A stretch of DNA of 64,000 bases from an uncultured delta proteobacterium (GTDB taxonomy: Bacteria > Desulfobacterota > Desulfomonilia > UBA1062): assembly GCA_963785235.1 (NCBI GenBank), contig CAWAUM010000010.1:64001-128000 (forward strand), written 5' to 3'. The notes under the pieces were generated by a model. It was given only the letters and a program-made list of their open reading frames with translations, did not search any database and was not told where the DNA came from. This document shows positions 9,905 through 20,676 of this stretch, piece by piece. The first letter of the stretch is position 1, and the number at the start of each line of letters is the position of its first letter. Position numbers and translations under genes: made by a program.

Positions 9905-10762
9905 ATGAACGTAATCATAGGAATAATTACAGTTCTTGGGTGTGTTTTCGGCGGATTCATGCTGGAACATGGTAATTTACATACACTTTTCCAGCCCGTT
10001 GAACTCCTTATTATCTTCGGCGCAGCTTTCGGCGCTATGATTATATCCTCTCCCATCAAGCTTCTCAAAGAGGTAGCCGTCTGCTTTAAGGGCATGTTTG
10101 CCCCAACGCATTACGATTCGAAAAAATTCATTGAGGTGCTCTCGCTCCTCTTTGAGATCTTCAACAAGATGCGCAAAGAAGGCATTATCGCCATAGAGGC
10201 CCATGTGGAAGAACCGAAAAAAAGCGAAATCTTCAAACGATATCCTGCAATCCTGAAGAATCAGCGTACTGTTGACTTTATCTGCGACAGCCTCAAGATC
10301 CTTCTCTCCATAGACATACCGCCGCATGAGTTCGACAACCTCCTGGAAGTGGACATCGAGGCCAACACCGAAGAAAAAAGCCACCCTCTTCACCGTATTG
10401 AGAAGATGGCCGATGCACTCCCGGGACTCGGTATCGTAGCTGCCGTACTCGGGGTTGTGCTCACCATGGGTAAAATGAGCGAGCCACCCGAGGTCCTTGG
10501 TGAGAGCGTCGGCGCTGCGCTTGTAGGGACCTTCCTCGGTGTTCTGCTGTGCTATGGTATTGTAGGACCTATGGCAACACTTATAGAGCACCACATCAAA
10601 GAGGAGGAAGCATATTATCAGGTAATCCGCATTGCCATAGTATCATATGTGGCACGCTCCATCCCGCAGATAGCTATAGAATTCGCCCGCAGGGCCATAC
10701 CCGAGAGCGTGAGGCCCGGATTCAGTGAACTCGAGAAGATCATGAAGGGCAAAGGCAAGTAA
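9905..10762 (+). CDS. motA: Flagellar stator protein MotA
   Basis: FQPVELLIIFGAA, RKEGIIAIE, LPGLGIVAAVLGVV, ALVGTFLG, EFARR. Confidence 0.95.
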   Translation: MNVIIGIITVLGCVFGGFMLEHGNLHTLFQPVELLIIFGAAFGAMIISSPIKLLKEVAVCFKGMFAPTHYDSKKFIEVLSLLFEIFNKMRKEGIIAIEAHVEEPKKSEIFKRYPAILKNQRTVDFICDSLKILLSIDIPPHEFDNLLEVDIEANTEEKSHPLHRIEKMADALPGLGIVAAVLGVVLTMGKMSEPPEVLGESVGAALVGTFLGVLLCYGIVGPMATLIEHHIKEEEAYYQVIRIAIVSYVARSIPQIAIEFARRAIPESVRPGFSELEKIMKGKGK

Positions 10763-11595
10763 TGTCTGACGGCAAAGAACAGCCAGTCATCATTAAAAAA
10801 AATAAAAAAAAGGGGGCTGCTGCCCATGGCGGTTCGTGGAAGGTCGCCTATGCGGACTTCGTCACTGCCATGATGGCCTTCTTCCTGCTCATGTGGCTCC
10901 TGAACATGACCTCTGCACAGAAAAAGATCCAGCTCTCCCAATACTTCCAGAACTACTCCATCTTTGAAAAGGGCGGTGGCAGCGCCGTAGCCACACAACA
11001 GGACATGCCCGGCAAAGGCATGCTTGATATGGGAAAGGTCGTCAAACCCGCGCCTCAAACTACCATCAAGGCAAGCGAGCTTGCTGATAAGGTCAAGAAG
11101 CAGGTTCAAGAAAAGCTGACAGAATATCAGGACCGGGTGCTTGCCTTTGACGATAACGGCAATCTACGCATCGAGATCATCGACACCGGAGGAACATCGT
11201 TCTTCAATGTCGGCGGAACCGACCTCTCCGAGAGCGGAAAGACTCTCATCAAGGGGCTGGCTCCGGTGCTGAAAACCTTTGATAAGAAGATCATCATCGA
11301 GGGGCATACCGACTCTCTCGGATATACGGGAAAGGCCTTTACCAACTGGGAGCTTTCCACTCAGCGGGCCTCATCTGCCCGTGTTGAGCTTGAAAGGAAT
11401 GGGATACCTCAAAAGCAGATAGAGATGGTGGCCGGTTATGCCGACAGCAAACCATTCATTAAAAATAACCCGGCAGATCCTAAGAACCGCCGCATAAGCA
11501 TCGTAGTCGATTACAAGACATCAACAAAACAGCCCACCCCGGCCGAAAGCATGAAGAAACCAAAGCTCCCCGATTCACCACCCGGTCTGCAGTAA
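10762..11595 (+). CDS. motB: Flagellar stator protein MotB (OmpA-like peptidoglycan-binding domain)
   Basis: HGGSWKVAYADFVTAMMAFFLLMWL with conserved Asp; EGHTD, NWELS..RA, NRRI. Confidence 0.95.
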   Translation: MSDGKEQPVIIKKNKKKGAAAHGGSWKVAYADFVTAMMAFFLLMWLLNMTSAQKKIQLSQYFQNYSIFEKGGGSAVATQQDMPGKGMLDMGKVVKPAPQTTIKASELADKVKKQVQEKLTEYQDRVLAFDDNGNLRIEIIDTGGTSFFNVGGTDLSESGKTLIKGLAPVLKTFDKKIIIEGHTDSLGYTGKAFTNWELSTQRASSARVELERNGIPQKQIEMVAGYADSKPFIKNNPADPKNRRISIVVDYKTSTKQPTPAESMKKPKLPDSPPGLQ

Positions 11596-11783
11596 ATATC
11601 CGCAAAGGCCCTGGCCAGGATCCAGACCACCAAGGATCATCCAGCAAGAAACAGGACTCCCTGCCCGGTAAATGGCGGCCTGTGAGAATAAAGCAAATTC
11701 AGGATATGTTTTTATCTTGGCTCTTTACAAAGCTCACATCTTTAAGTGATCATGTCCCCATGTCAAAAAAGGATGGTGCGGTC

Positions 11784-12305
11784 ATGGAAGGATGGACTGA
11801 TAAAGAGATCAGAGACAAGAATCTCATGGCCCCCTGCGGCCTCTATTGCGGTGTCTGCGGTGTATATATCGCCACACGCGATAACAATGAAAAGTTCAAG
11901 ACCGTCATGGGGAACCTCTATGGGACCAAGCCCGAAGAGACACAGTGTCTGGGGTGCATGCAGCCTGATCCGCCCAGGAAGCTCTATGGCTATTGCTCCA
12001 TGTGCACTATCCGGGATTGTGTCAGATCCAAAGGTTTCTACTCATGCCACCAGTGCACGGACTGGCCATGCTCCCGAATATCCGGCTTCGGACTTGAAAC
12101 GGGTAAACGGGTGATGATGAAAACCATCCCCATCTGGCGCGAAAAGGTTGCCCTGCTTGGCGACGAGGAAGGCAGTGTGGAATGGTCCCGTTCGGTTTGT
12201 GAGCGCTACCATTGCCCTACGTGCAAAAAGCCCCTCTTCAGGGGGGCGCAGCGTTGCCGTGAATGCAAATCTCAAGTTGCCGACGACCTAGACGGATCAT
12301 TATAA
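11784..12305 (+). CDS. DUF3795-like Cys-rich protein with C-terminal zinc ribbon
   Basis: APCGLYCGVC, CLGC, C..CTIRDC, CHQC..WPC, CPTC...CREC. Confidence 0.8.
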   Translation: MEGWTDKEIRDKNLMAPCGLYCGVCGVYIATRDNNEKFKTVMGNLYGTKPEETQCLGCMQPDPPRKLYGYCSMCTIRDCVRSKGFYSCHQCTDWPCSRISGFGLETGKRVMMKTIPIWREKVALLGDEEGSVEWSRSVCERYHCPTCKKPLFRGAQRCRECKSQVADDLDGSL

Positions 12306-12326
12306 AAAAAGAGCTGTTGAGGGATT

Positions 12327-12833
12327 ATGGCAGAAATAATCCGCAGGTGTACTGATATGGATCTTCATGCAATCTTCGAGATCATCAACGACGCAGCATC
12401 CGCATATAAAGGTGTTATCCCGCCGGACCGGTGGCACGACCCATACATGAGCCAGGATCAGCTTCGCCATGAAATAGATGCCGGGGTCAGGTTCTGGGGT
12501 CTTGATAATGATAATGAGCTTGCCGGGGTTATGGGCATCCAGGACAAGGGTGAGGTAACTCTTTTGCGGCATGCATACGTGAGAACGGCCTTGAGGAATA
12601 AGGGCATTGGCACCAGGCTCTTGAAGCACCTGGAACCCATGAGCGACAAACCGATACTCATAGGCACCTGGGCTGCAGCGGACTGGGCTGTGCAATTCTA
12701 CCAGAAAAACGGCTACTGCCTGGTGAGCATTGAAGAGAAGAACAGGTTGCTCCGGCAATACTGGTCCATACCCGAGCGGCAGGTGGAGACATCCGTAGTG
12801 CTTGCAAACAGACCCTTTCCCGTTCTTTCTTGA
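12327..12833 (+). CDS. GNAT-family N-acetyltransferase
   Basis: YVRTALRNKGIGTRLL (motif A), AVQFYQKNGY. Confidence 0.9.
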   Translation: MAEIIRRCTDMDLHAIFEIINDAASAYKGVIPPDRWHDPYMSQDQLRHEIDAGVRFWGLDNDNELAGVMGIQDKGEVTLLRHAYVRTALRNKGIGTRLLKHLEPMSDKPILIGTWAAADWAVQFYQKNGYCLVSIEEKNRLLRQYWSIPERQVETSVVLANRPFPVLS

Positions 12834-12858
12834 AAAATTTGAAAGGAGAAATCCAACA

Positions 12859-13248
12859 GTGGACATCCCTACGATCATCATACTGCTCACCATAGGATCA
12901 GCTGCCGGTATCCTGGCCGGTCTCTTCGGTGTCGGAGGCGGTGTCATCATAGTGCCTGCGCTGATCCTTGTACTGGGCTTTTCCGAGCATAAGGCCACAG
13001 GGACAAGTCTGGCAGTTCTCCTCCCGCCCATAGGCATTGCCGCATTCCTGGAATATTACCGCCACCAGAATGTGGACATACCCGCCGCCCTGATCATAGC
13101 CGCTGCCGCCATCATCGGTGCCTGGCTTGGGGCGCTCATGGCGAACCGTCTCTCTGCGCCATTGCTGAGGCTTACCTTTGGGCTCTTTATCATGGGCATG
13201 GGGATATACCTGGTGTACGGTGCCATTAAAAGGCTGGGGTGGGTATAA
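12859..13248 (+). CDS. Half-size TauE/SafE (DUF81) exporter
   Basis: AGLFGVGGGVIIVP, ATGTSL; GTG start after GGAG. Confidence 0.85.
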   Translation: MDIPTIIILLTIGSAAGILAGLFGVGGGVIIVPALILVLGFSEHKATGTSLAVLLPPIGIAAFLEYYRHQNVDIPAALIIAAAAIIGAWLGALMANRLSAPLLRLTFGLFIMGMGIYLVYGAIKRLGWV

Positions 13249-13344
13249 GGCATATCACAAGAAATACCACCTTTATCATACAGATGAATAAAGTTTGTTT
13301 TGGACCGATGCAGCTTATTCCGATACGCCATGTAAGGAGCTACC

Positions 13345-14241
13345 ATGGATAAGGTTTCCCACGAGATTCTTTTAGACAGCCTGTTCGATGGCGTTTATTT
13401 CGTTGACCCGGACAAGAGAATCACCTTCTGGAACAAGGCAGCCGAGAGGATAACGGGCTACAGCAAGGAAGAGGTCATCGGGTCGCGCTGCTCGGACAAC
13501 CTTTTGCGTCATGTTGACGAGAAGGGTCATGAACTCTGTCTTGCAGGTTGCCCCCTTGCTGCAACAATTCAGGACAGCGGCATTCGGGAGGCCCATGTCT
13601 ATCTTCACCACAAACAGGGGCACCGTGTACCGGTTTCTGTCAGAACGTCCCCGGTCAGGGATGAAGATGGTATGGTCATAGGCGGTGTTGAGATATTTTC
13701 AGACAATTCGAACCTCCTCCAGATCCTGCGCGATATGGAGCGTCTCAAAAAAGAGGCCTATGTTGATGAACTCACAAACGTTGGAAACCGAAGATTCTGC
13801 GAAATGACCCTCCAGACAAGGATATTTGAGCTGAAGAACTTCGGAATTCCCTTGGGTATCATCTTCCTGGATCTGGATAACTTCAAGCAATGCAATGATG
13901 TTCATGGACATGTTACAGGCGATGAAATGCTTATCATGACGGGCAGGACCATCACCAACATCCTTCGGAGGATGGACTCCATCTCCCGCTGGGGAGGAGA
14001 GGAATTCGTAGTCATCCTGCCGCATATCGATGTTGGGATCTTACAGGAAGTCTCAGAGAGGATGAGGGCATTCATCGAAAGCGGCTATCTCGTCTCCGGC
14101 GGTAAGAGGCTTAACATAACAGCCTCCATCGGGGCCACCATGGCCTTGCTCGAAGATACCCCCTCATCCATTATCCAGCGGGCCGACCGGTTGATGTATG
14201 AGAGCAAGGCATCAGGTAAAAACCGGGTGACCCTGGGATAG
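13345..14241 (+). CDS. PAS-GGDEF diguanylate cyclase
   Basis: PAS (WNKAAERITGY), DELT..GNRR, DLDNFK..ND.HGH..GD, RWGGEEF with RMD (RxxD I-site) just upstream. Confidence 0.93.
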   Translation: MDKVSHEILLDSLFDGVYFVDPDKRITFWNKAAERITGYSKEEVIGSRCSDNLLRHVDEKGHELCLAGCPLAATIQDSGIREAHVYLHHKQGHRVPVSVRTSPVRDEDGMVIGGVEIFSDNSNLLQILRDMERLKKEAYVDELTNVGNRRFCEMTLQTRIFELKNFGIPLGIIFLDLDNFKQCNDVHGHVTGDEMLIMTGRTITNILRRMDSISRWGGEEFVVILPHIDVGILQEVSERMRAFIESGYLVSGGKRLNITASIGATMALLEDTPSSIIQRADRLMYESKASGKNRVTLG

Positions 14242-14358
14242 AACAAGGATATATTTAAAGCTTCATACCTCAATGTACAACAATTTGCCTATCCATAATC
14301 TTGACTCACCTGGGGAATTGGGGCACAACCAATAAAACAATTCGCAAGGAGATCAGCC

Positions 14359-15657
14359 ATGGCGCGTGTACTGTTCGAAGACACTGCTCAAGGATTGGAT
14401 AAAGCGGTCGCTCTTCTCTTTGATGCCTTCGGGGGGGCAAACAGACTGTTGAAGCCCTCCAGAGATGTCTATCTCAAGGTAAACGGCATCGACTTCAAAC
14501 CGCACGTGTACACCTCCCCCCAGGTGGTTGCAGCAGCGGTGAGCTACTTCAGGGCTCATGGCGCCCGGAACGTCTATGTAATGGAAAACAGCACACAGGG
14601 CAACTTCACCAGGCTCGTCTACGAGATAACAGGCATGAAACGGATGTGTGAAGAAACAGGGGCCACGCCCATCTACCTTGACGAAACGGCTGAGATGCCG
14701 CTCTACCTGGAAAAGTTACAGACCTTCATCAATATTCCGGACTTCATCCATGAGAACCTCATCAGGAAAAGGGCGGAAAACCTCTATATATCCATACCCA
14801 AGCTCAAAAGTCATTCCATGACCACAGTAACGCTCGGCATCAAGAACCAGTTCGGGCTTGTCCACCAGAAGAGCCGCATTGCCGACCACAACTTCAAGCT
14901 TCACCAGAAGATCGCAGACATCTACGCCAACATCAGGCCCGACTTCACCCTCATCGATGGCATTGAGGCAACCAACTACGGGCACTATCCGCCCCTGAAA
15001 CAGGAGGGAATTTGCGTAATTCCGCTGAATGTACTTATCGGGGGTGACGATCCCATGGCCGTGGATGTCGCAGCTGCTAAATTCATCGGTTTCAGCTTAG
15101 AAGAGGTTCAGCATCTGAAGCTCGCTGCCGAATACGGATTCGGCGAGTCGAACTTTGAGAAGATAACCATCGAAAACCGTGACATCTTCGAGACCCGCAA
15201 ACAGCATTTCTCCTGGGACCTCCTGGAAAAGTTCCCGGAAGGGGTTAGGATTATCCGCGGCAAGACCATGTGCTGCAGGGAAGGATGCAAGCGGAACACA
15301 GAAGCGGTCCTCGAGGTGTTCGGGCAGGACTATGCCGGCAAGGGAGGATTCACTATCCTCATGGGCAAGGGGATTGACAAGGCGGAAGCTGCAGGCATAA
15401 CCGGAGCGGTGCACATTGCAGGCGACTGCGCCATGGCAGAGTGCTATCAGGAGCTGAAAGGCAGACTCGGCACGCGCAAGGTCACGGTTTCGCCCGGGTG
15501 CAACAACCTGGCAAAAACCATCGATGGCCTGGGAAAGCTGATGAAGATCCCTCCATTACGGTTCGTGCCCATCAACCCGCTCAAATCCCTGGCCCTGCTC
15601 CTGGAGGCGCACCTGCACGGTACCAAGGCGAATATTACGGATGTGTTCAGGTTATAG
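14359..15657 (+). CDS. DUF362 Fe-S protein
   Basis: LKVN, IPKLKSH..T.VTLGIKN.FG, PDFTLIDG, DPMAVD; C-terminal CCREGC / GDC / PGC cysteines. Confidence 0.85.
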   Translation: MARVLFEDTAQGLDKAVALLFDAFGGANRLLKPSRDVYLKVNGIDFKPHVYTSPQVVAAAVSYFRAHGARNVYVMENSTQGNFTRLVYEITGMKRMCEETGATPIYLDETAEMPLYLEKLQTFINIPDFIHENLIRKRAENLYISIPKLKSHSMTTVTLGIKNQFGLVHQKSRIADHNFKLHQKIADIYANIRPDFTLIDGIEATNYGHYPPLKQEGICVIPLNVLIGGDDPMAVDVAAAKFIGFSLEEVQHLKLAAEYGFGESNFEKITIENRDIFETRKQHFSWDLLEKFPEGVRIIRGKTMCCREGCKRNTEAVLEVFGQDYAGKGGFTILMGKGIDKAEAAGITGAVHIAGDCAMAECYQELKGRLGTRKVTVSPGCNNLAKTIDGLGKLMKIPPLRFVPINPLKSLALLLEAHLHGTKANITDVFRL

Positions 15658-15828
15658 GAGCACTCCCGGCAAGAGAGCTCCCAACAGCTAAAGATTCTTC
15701 TCAGAACTCCGGAACCTTTTCATACACCTCGCACCACAGCGGATACTCTCAACCTTAAAGGTTGAATTTAACCTTTGACAAGAGCACGAGAACCATCTAA
15801 CCTTTGGGGACCAAGGAGGATGCAAGCC

Positions 15829-16653
15829 ATGACAACCAGCTATAAGTTTTATAAAGTGGAGAAGAAAGACACCATCGCATGGGTCTTCCTGAACAGGCCT
15901 GAAAAGAAAAACGCCATGGGACCGGACGCATGGAAAGAGATCATCCCCATCTTTGCAGACATCGATTCCGATGATGACATCCGGGTGGCCATCATCGCAG
16001 GCGAGGGCAAAGACTTCAGCACAGGAATCGACATCATGGGAATGGCCCCCATGATTCCTACCATGAAGAACTGGGACATGAGCGCCAAGGGAAAGGTAAA
16101 GCTGTTTCATGACATCTTCCCGCTGCAGGAGGCCATGACCTGCGTGGAGAAATGCTCGAAACCCGTCATATGCTGCTTCCACGGGTACTGTATAGGTGCG
16201 GCCCTTGATCTGGGAAGCGCCTGCGATATCCGCCTTGCAGCCGTCGATGCCAAGATCTCTCTGCGCGAGGCCGCGGTGTCTTTCATCGCCGATGTGGGAG
16301 TACTCCAGCGCCTGCCGCACATCGTGGGCCAGGGCATCACCCGTGAGATGGCCTTTACGGCAAAGTTCATGGATTCAAAACGTGCCAGGGAAGTGAACCT
16401 GGTCAATGAAGTATATCCTGATAAGGAAGCGCTTCTAAAGGGCGCGCAGTCACTTGCCCTTGAGATAGCCCAGCAGGCCCCGCTTGCCGTGCAGGGGGCC
16501 AAAGAGGTACTGAATTTCTGCCGAGGCAAGGGCATGGCGGATGGACTCGAGTATGTGGCAGCACGAAGCGCCATGATTCTCCCTTCCGAGGATATGGCAG
16601 AGACAATGACTGCATTCATGGAAAAGAGACCCCCGGTATACAAGGGGAAATAA
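15829..16653 (+). CDS. Crotonase-family enoyl-CoA hydratase / dienoyl-CoA isomerase
   Basis: LNRPEKKNAM, FSTGID, KPVI...HGYCIG, CDIR, ADVGVLQRLP. Confidence 0.92.
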   Translation: MTTSYKFYKVEKKDTIAWVFLNRPEKKNAMGPDAWKEIIPIFADIDSDDDIRVAIIAGEGKDFSTGIDIMGMAPMIPTMKNWDMSAKGKVKLFHDIFPLQEAMTCVEKCSKPVICCFHGYCIGAALDLGSACDIRLAAVDAKISLREAAVSFIADVGVLQRLPHIVGQGITREMAFTAKFMDSKRAREVNLVNEVYPDKEALLKGAQSLALEIAQQAPLAVQGAKEVLNFCRGKGMADGLEYVAARSAMILPSEDMAETMTAFMEKRPPVYKGK

Positions 16654-16700
16654 TCATATAAATTATTTTTCCCTATAAAACGCCTCTCATAGTGACACGC

Positions 16701-16740
16701 AAGAACCCCCGAACCTCAGCCGGGGGTTCTTCTTTTTATT
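16701..16740 (+). terminator. Rho-independent terminator
   Basis: AAGAACCCCCG...CGGGGGTTCTT followed by CTTTTT. Confidence 0.85.
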
Positions 16741-16896
16741 AATGATCTGTAAGGATATCAGGCATCAAGCTGATGAATTTCAAAACCGTACTTAGTAACT
16801 GATTGTTATCAGTATGATTTTAACTCCACAAATGTCGTAGTCAGTTGAGTACAAACCCTAAAGTTTATCATCTAGGATATCCGATGAGAACTTTAG

Positions 16897-17942
16897 ATGG
16901 AAAAGAGAGAGAGCAAAAGAAAAAGAACCCATGAACTGGGAAGAACTCCATGCCAAAACAAGGATAGGAGATCAATCCTTTCTGTTCCCGGTGGTTGATA
17001 TCTCCATCGGTGGTATCGGGTTACTCGTGGCCGACGGGTATTCGCTGCTTCATGTGGGCACCCGCATCGAGATCGAATCCCTTGAGAAAAAGGGCACAAC
17101 CATCGCCACAAAAATTTCCGGTCGTGTCGCATACCTGGGCATGGGTGTACCATCACGCGTGGGAATTGATTTTTCCCCGGCCGATACCCCTATCGAGGCA
17201 TTTGCGCAACTGAACGAAGCCGTCCCGGATACGGGAAGGATTATAACCGACAAGGACAAGATTCTGCATATCTTCGAGAATATCAAGACCTTCTCCCGGG
17301 GCTTCGGCGATATGCTCATGATCCATCGCCACAAGGCAATCCCTGCAGAATTCTTCTATCTAAGGCCCGAGCAGGAAAACATGGTGTTGCGCATTGTAAG
17401 GGTTTCGGAACTCAAGCTCCCCTATGAACCCCAGGTGGATATGGTTTACCCATTCTATATCTTCAAGGGCGTGGATGTCATGCTGTTCACTGCCAAGGTC
17501 CAGGATATCATCAAGAATATCATGGAGACAACGTGGCCCGATACCCTGAGGTACATCAGCAGGCGCAGCGTTCTCAGATACTTCGTAACCGGTCAGGAAC
17601 CGATCACCGCCACTATCATCCATCCCTTAAATGCTGAAAAGATCAAGGTCCTCATCTGGGATATCAGCATAGAAGGAATGGGGGTGGAGATATTGAACGA
17701 CAAGACCCCGCTTATTGAGGGCATGAACCTGTCCACCATCTGGATCGATCTTCCCAAAGGGCCGGTGAAGACCATGGGCGTTGTGCGGTCGGTCAGGATG
17801 TGAGGGTCTGCTTGACAAGACACAGGTCGGTATCGAATTCCTGGGTGGTACGGACCATTACCAGGACAATATCCTGAAGTTCATCCTGGAAGCGGATCTG
17901 CCTTCAGAGGTCATCCTGAAGCAGGCGAATCACACCCGGTAA
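16897..17942 (+). CDS. Two-PilZ-domain (YcgR/FlgZ-like) protein; apparent indels near 16940 and 17800
   Basis: Reconstructed MEKRESKRKRTHELEELH...DISIGG and SRRSVLR...DISIEG; shifted frame ends QVGIEF...NHTR* at 17942. Confidence 0.75.
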
Positions 17943-18940
17943 TATTCCCGGTACCACTGAACAAACCGTTTGATTCCCTGTCTCCACCGTGATCTGCGGC
18001 CTGAAATGTACCGCCGCCTCGAGATCCAATGCATCGGCAACAGTGTCCTTCACGTCCCCCTTCTGGAGAGGGAGCATATTCTTCTTTGCCTTTTTGCCCA
18101 ACTCATTCTCCAACAGGCCTATGAAGTGCATAAGCTCAACTGGCTGTGAACCTCCAATATTATAGACCTTATAAGGGGCAAAACTACTGCCCGGGTCCGG
18201 GTGCCGGCCATCCCACCCCTCATTGGGTTTCGGGATCACGCTTATCACCCTCACAATACCTTCTATAATGTCATCTACATACGTGAAGTCGCGTCTCATT
18301 TCCCCAAAATTGTAGATATCGATTGGCATCATCTTCCAAGATGGCCTTGGTGAACTTGAACAGCGCCATGTCGGGCCTGCCCCAGGGTCCGTAGACCGTA
18401 AAGAACCTGAGTCCTGTACAGGCAAGACCATACAGGCCCGCATACGTGTGGGCCATGAGCTCATTGGCCTTTTTTGTTGCAGCATAGAGTGATATGGGGT
18501 GATCCACATTGTCGTGCACTGAAAAGGGCATCTTCGAGTTGGCCCCATAGACCGATGAAGAAGATGCATAGATGAGGTGAGGAACAGCGGCATGCCTGCA
18601 TCCTTCCAGGATGTGAAGAAAGCCCACCAGATTGGAATCCACATAGACATGAGGGTTTTCAATGCTGTGACGCACACCTGCCTGGGCCGCCAGGTGTACC
18701 ACAACATCAAATTGTTCGTCCTGAAAAACCTTCTCCATGCCGGACCGGTTCGTAAGATCCATTTTCTCAAACCTGAAGCCTTGATTGGGCTCGAGAATGG
18801 CCAATCTGTCGTGCTTGAGCGTAGGGTCGTAATACGGATTCAGGTTGTCTATGCCGAATACGCTTGCCCCATCTGTCGAGCAGCCGCCTGGCAAGGTGAA
18901 AACCGATAAATCCTGCAACCCCGGTTACAAATACCTTCAT
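17930..18940 (-). CDS. NAD-dependent epimerase (UDP-glucuronate 4-epimerase-like); three apparent indels
   Basis: Fragments in three frames: TGVAGFIG; [29 protein letters not shown]; [17 protein letters not shown]. Confidence 0.9.
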
Positions 18941-18965
18941 TGACTTTCCTCCTGTTACCACACCA

Positions 18966-19601
18966 TCAGAATTCACCGGCCAAGAGCCGGGGCATATCAT
19001 AAATGTCCGGTATGCTCAAACATAACCCTTCAGGATCCGAGGCGCTGACAAGCACGGCCGCCATACCAACATTCAGGGCTGTGCGGACATTGGCAATGCT
19101 GTCATCCACCACGAGGTAATCCTGTGCCACCCCGCCATACTGCTGGATAACCTTGTAGTATGGCCAGGGCAATGGCTTGGGGACAAAGTCCATGTATTCG
19201 ATGGTAAACAGGTCAGACACCATGTCATCGATCCCCAGAACACGCAAGATGCGGCAGGCATACTCATATGAGCCGTTGGTGAAGACCACCAGTTTGCACT
19301 TGAGCGCGAAAAGGGCATCATGAAGTCTTATATCACGCTGAAGAATCTCTTCCACCGGCACATCATGGACATCCTTCAAATAGTGGCCGGGGTCGATGCC
19401 ATAATCACGCATGAGCCCCTGCAGCGTTGACCCAAATTCCTTGATATAGGTCTTCCTGAGGCTGCGGGCGTTGTCCTGGTCGATATTGCACAGCGTCATC
19501 ACATACCTGTCGATCCTGTGGTTGACATGGGCAAAGGGCCCTGTGCCCTTGGGGTAGAGCGTGTCATCCACATCGAGCAGGATTGTCTTCACCACTGACA
19601 C
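18966..19601 (-). CDS. HAD-family pyrimidine 5'-nucleotidase-like hydrolase
   Basis: DVDDTLYP, FGSTL.GL, FTNG, PKP, VDDS..N. Confidence 0.9.
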   Translation of the reverse strand: MSVVKTILLDVDDTLYPKGTGPFAHVNHRIDRYVMTLCNIDQDNARSLRKTYIKEFGSTLQGLMRDYGIDPGHYLKDVHDVPVEEILQRDIRLHDALFALKCKLVVFTNGSYEYACRILRVLGIDDMVSDLFTIEYMDFVPKPLPWPYYKVIQQYGGVAQDYLVVDDSIANVRTALNVGMAAVLVSASDPEGLCLSIPDIYDMPRLLAGEF

Positions 19602-19650
19602 ACCTTAATAACCGCACTCCGAATATGCCTGACCAAGCAAGGGAATGCAG

Positions 19651-20676
19651 TTACTCCTCATCATATATATCCATCTGCTTGCCCTGGGGCTCCAGGTTGA
19701 CGGCTTTGTATCCCATGGTGCATACCTGACGCCCCCGTGGGGTGCGCCTGACATAACCCTTCTGGATGAGAAAGGGCTCATAGACATCCTCAATGGTGTC
19801 TTTGTCCTCGCCCAAGGATGCAGCCAGCGATTCAATACCCACAGGCCCTCCGGAAAAGGAGTTCACCATGATCTCGATGATCTTCCGATCCATCCGGTCA
19901 AGACCTGTCTTGTCGATGTCAAGCCGGGTAAGGGCCGAATCGGCAATACCATGTTTGATCGTGCCGTCACCCAGGACATCCGCAAAATCCCTCACCCGTC
20001 TCAGCAGCCTGTTTGCAATCCTGGGGGTGCCCCTGGACCTTCGTGCTATCTCGTAAAGGCCCTCTTCATCCGCGCCGATGCCCAGGATGCGTGCCGAGCG
20101 CCTGATTATCGTGGCAAGCTCGTCGGTGGAATAGAATTCGAGATGGCCGATAATGCCGAAACGGTCGCGCAGAGGCGAGGTGATCATCCCTGCCCGTGTG
20201 GTGGCGCCCACCAGGGTGAAGGGGTTAAGGTCAATACGGATGGAACGCGCAGACGGCCCCTGGCCGATAATGATGTCAAGCTTGAACTCCTCCATGGCAG
20301 GGTACAGGATCTCTTCAATGGCGCTGCCCAGCCTGTGGATCTCGTCGATGAAGAGCACATCCCGGGGCTCAAGGTTTGTCAGTATTGCAGCCAGGTCACC
20401 GGATTTCTCGATGGCCGGCCCGCTTGTTACCCGCAATCCCACCTGCAGTTCATGGGCGATGATGTGGGCCAGCGTGGTCTTGCCCAGGCCTGGAGGGCCG
20501 TAGAAAAGGCAGTGATCGAGCGCCTCCCCCCTCCCCTTTGCCGCCTTGATGAAGATCTCCAGGTTATCCTTGAGGGCATCCTGCCCAACATATTCCTTGA
20601 GGCTTTCGGGACGGATGCGGGCCTCAAGCTCACATTCCTGGCCGCCAAGCGCGGTGCCTGCAAGATCGTCTCTCAT
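19651..20676 (-). CDS. ruvB: Holliday junction helicase RuvB
   Basis: [47 protein letters not shown]...RTPRGR. Confidence 0.98.
   Translation of the reverse strand: MRDDLAGTALGGQECELEARIRPESLKEYVGQDALKDNLEIFIKAAKGRGEALDHCLFYGPPGLGKTTLAHIIAHELQVGLRVTSGPAIEKSGDLAAILTNLEPRDVLFIDEIHRLGSAIEEILYPAMEEFKLDIIIGQGPSARSIRIDLNPFTLVGATTRAGMITSPLRDRFGIIGHLEFYSTDELATIIRRSARILGIGADEEGLYEIARRSRGTPRIANRLLRRVRDFADVLGDGTIKHGIADSALTRLDIDKTGLDRMDRKIIEIMVNSFSGGPVGIESLAASLGEDKDTIEDVYEPFLIQKGYVRRTPRGRQVCTMGYKAVNLEPQGKQMDIYDEE

Noticed and set aside
9905-11595. Zorya (ZorAB) anti-phage motor
   Set aside because: MotA is normal length with no long tail, has canonical stator motifs, and no zorC/D/E genes are adjacent.
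17801-17803. Selenocysteine read-through at the PilZ gene TGA
   Set aside because: Read-through meets another stop four codons later; the PilZ sequence continues in a shifted frame.
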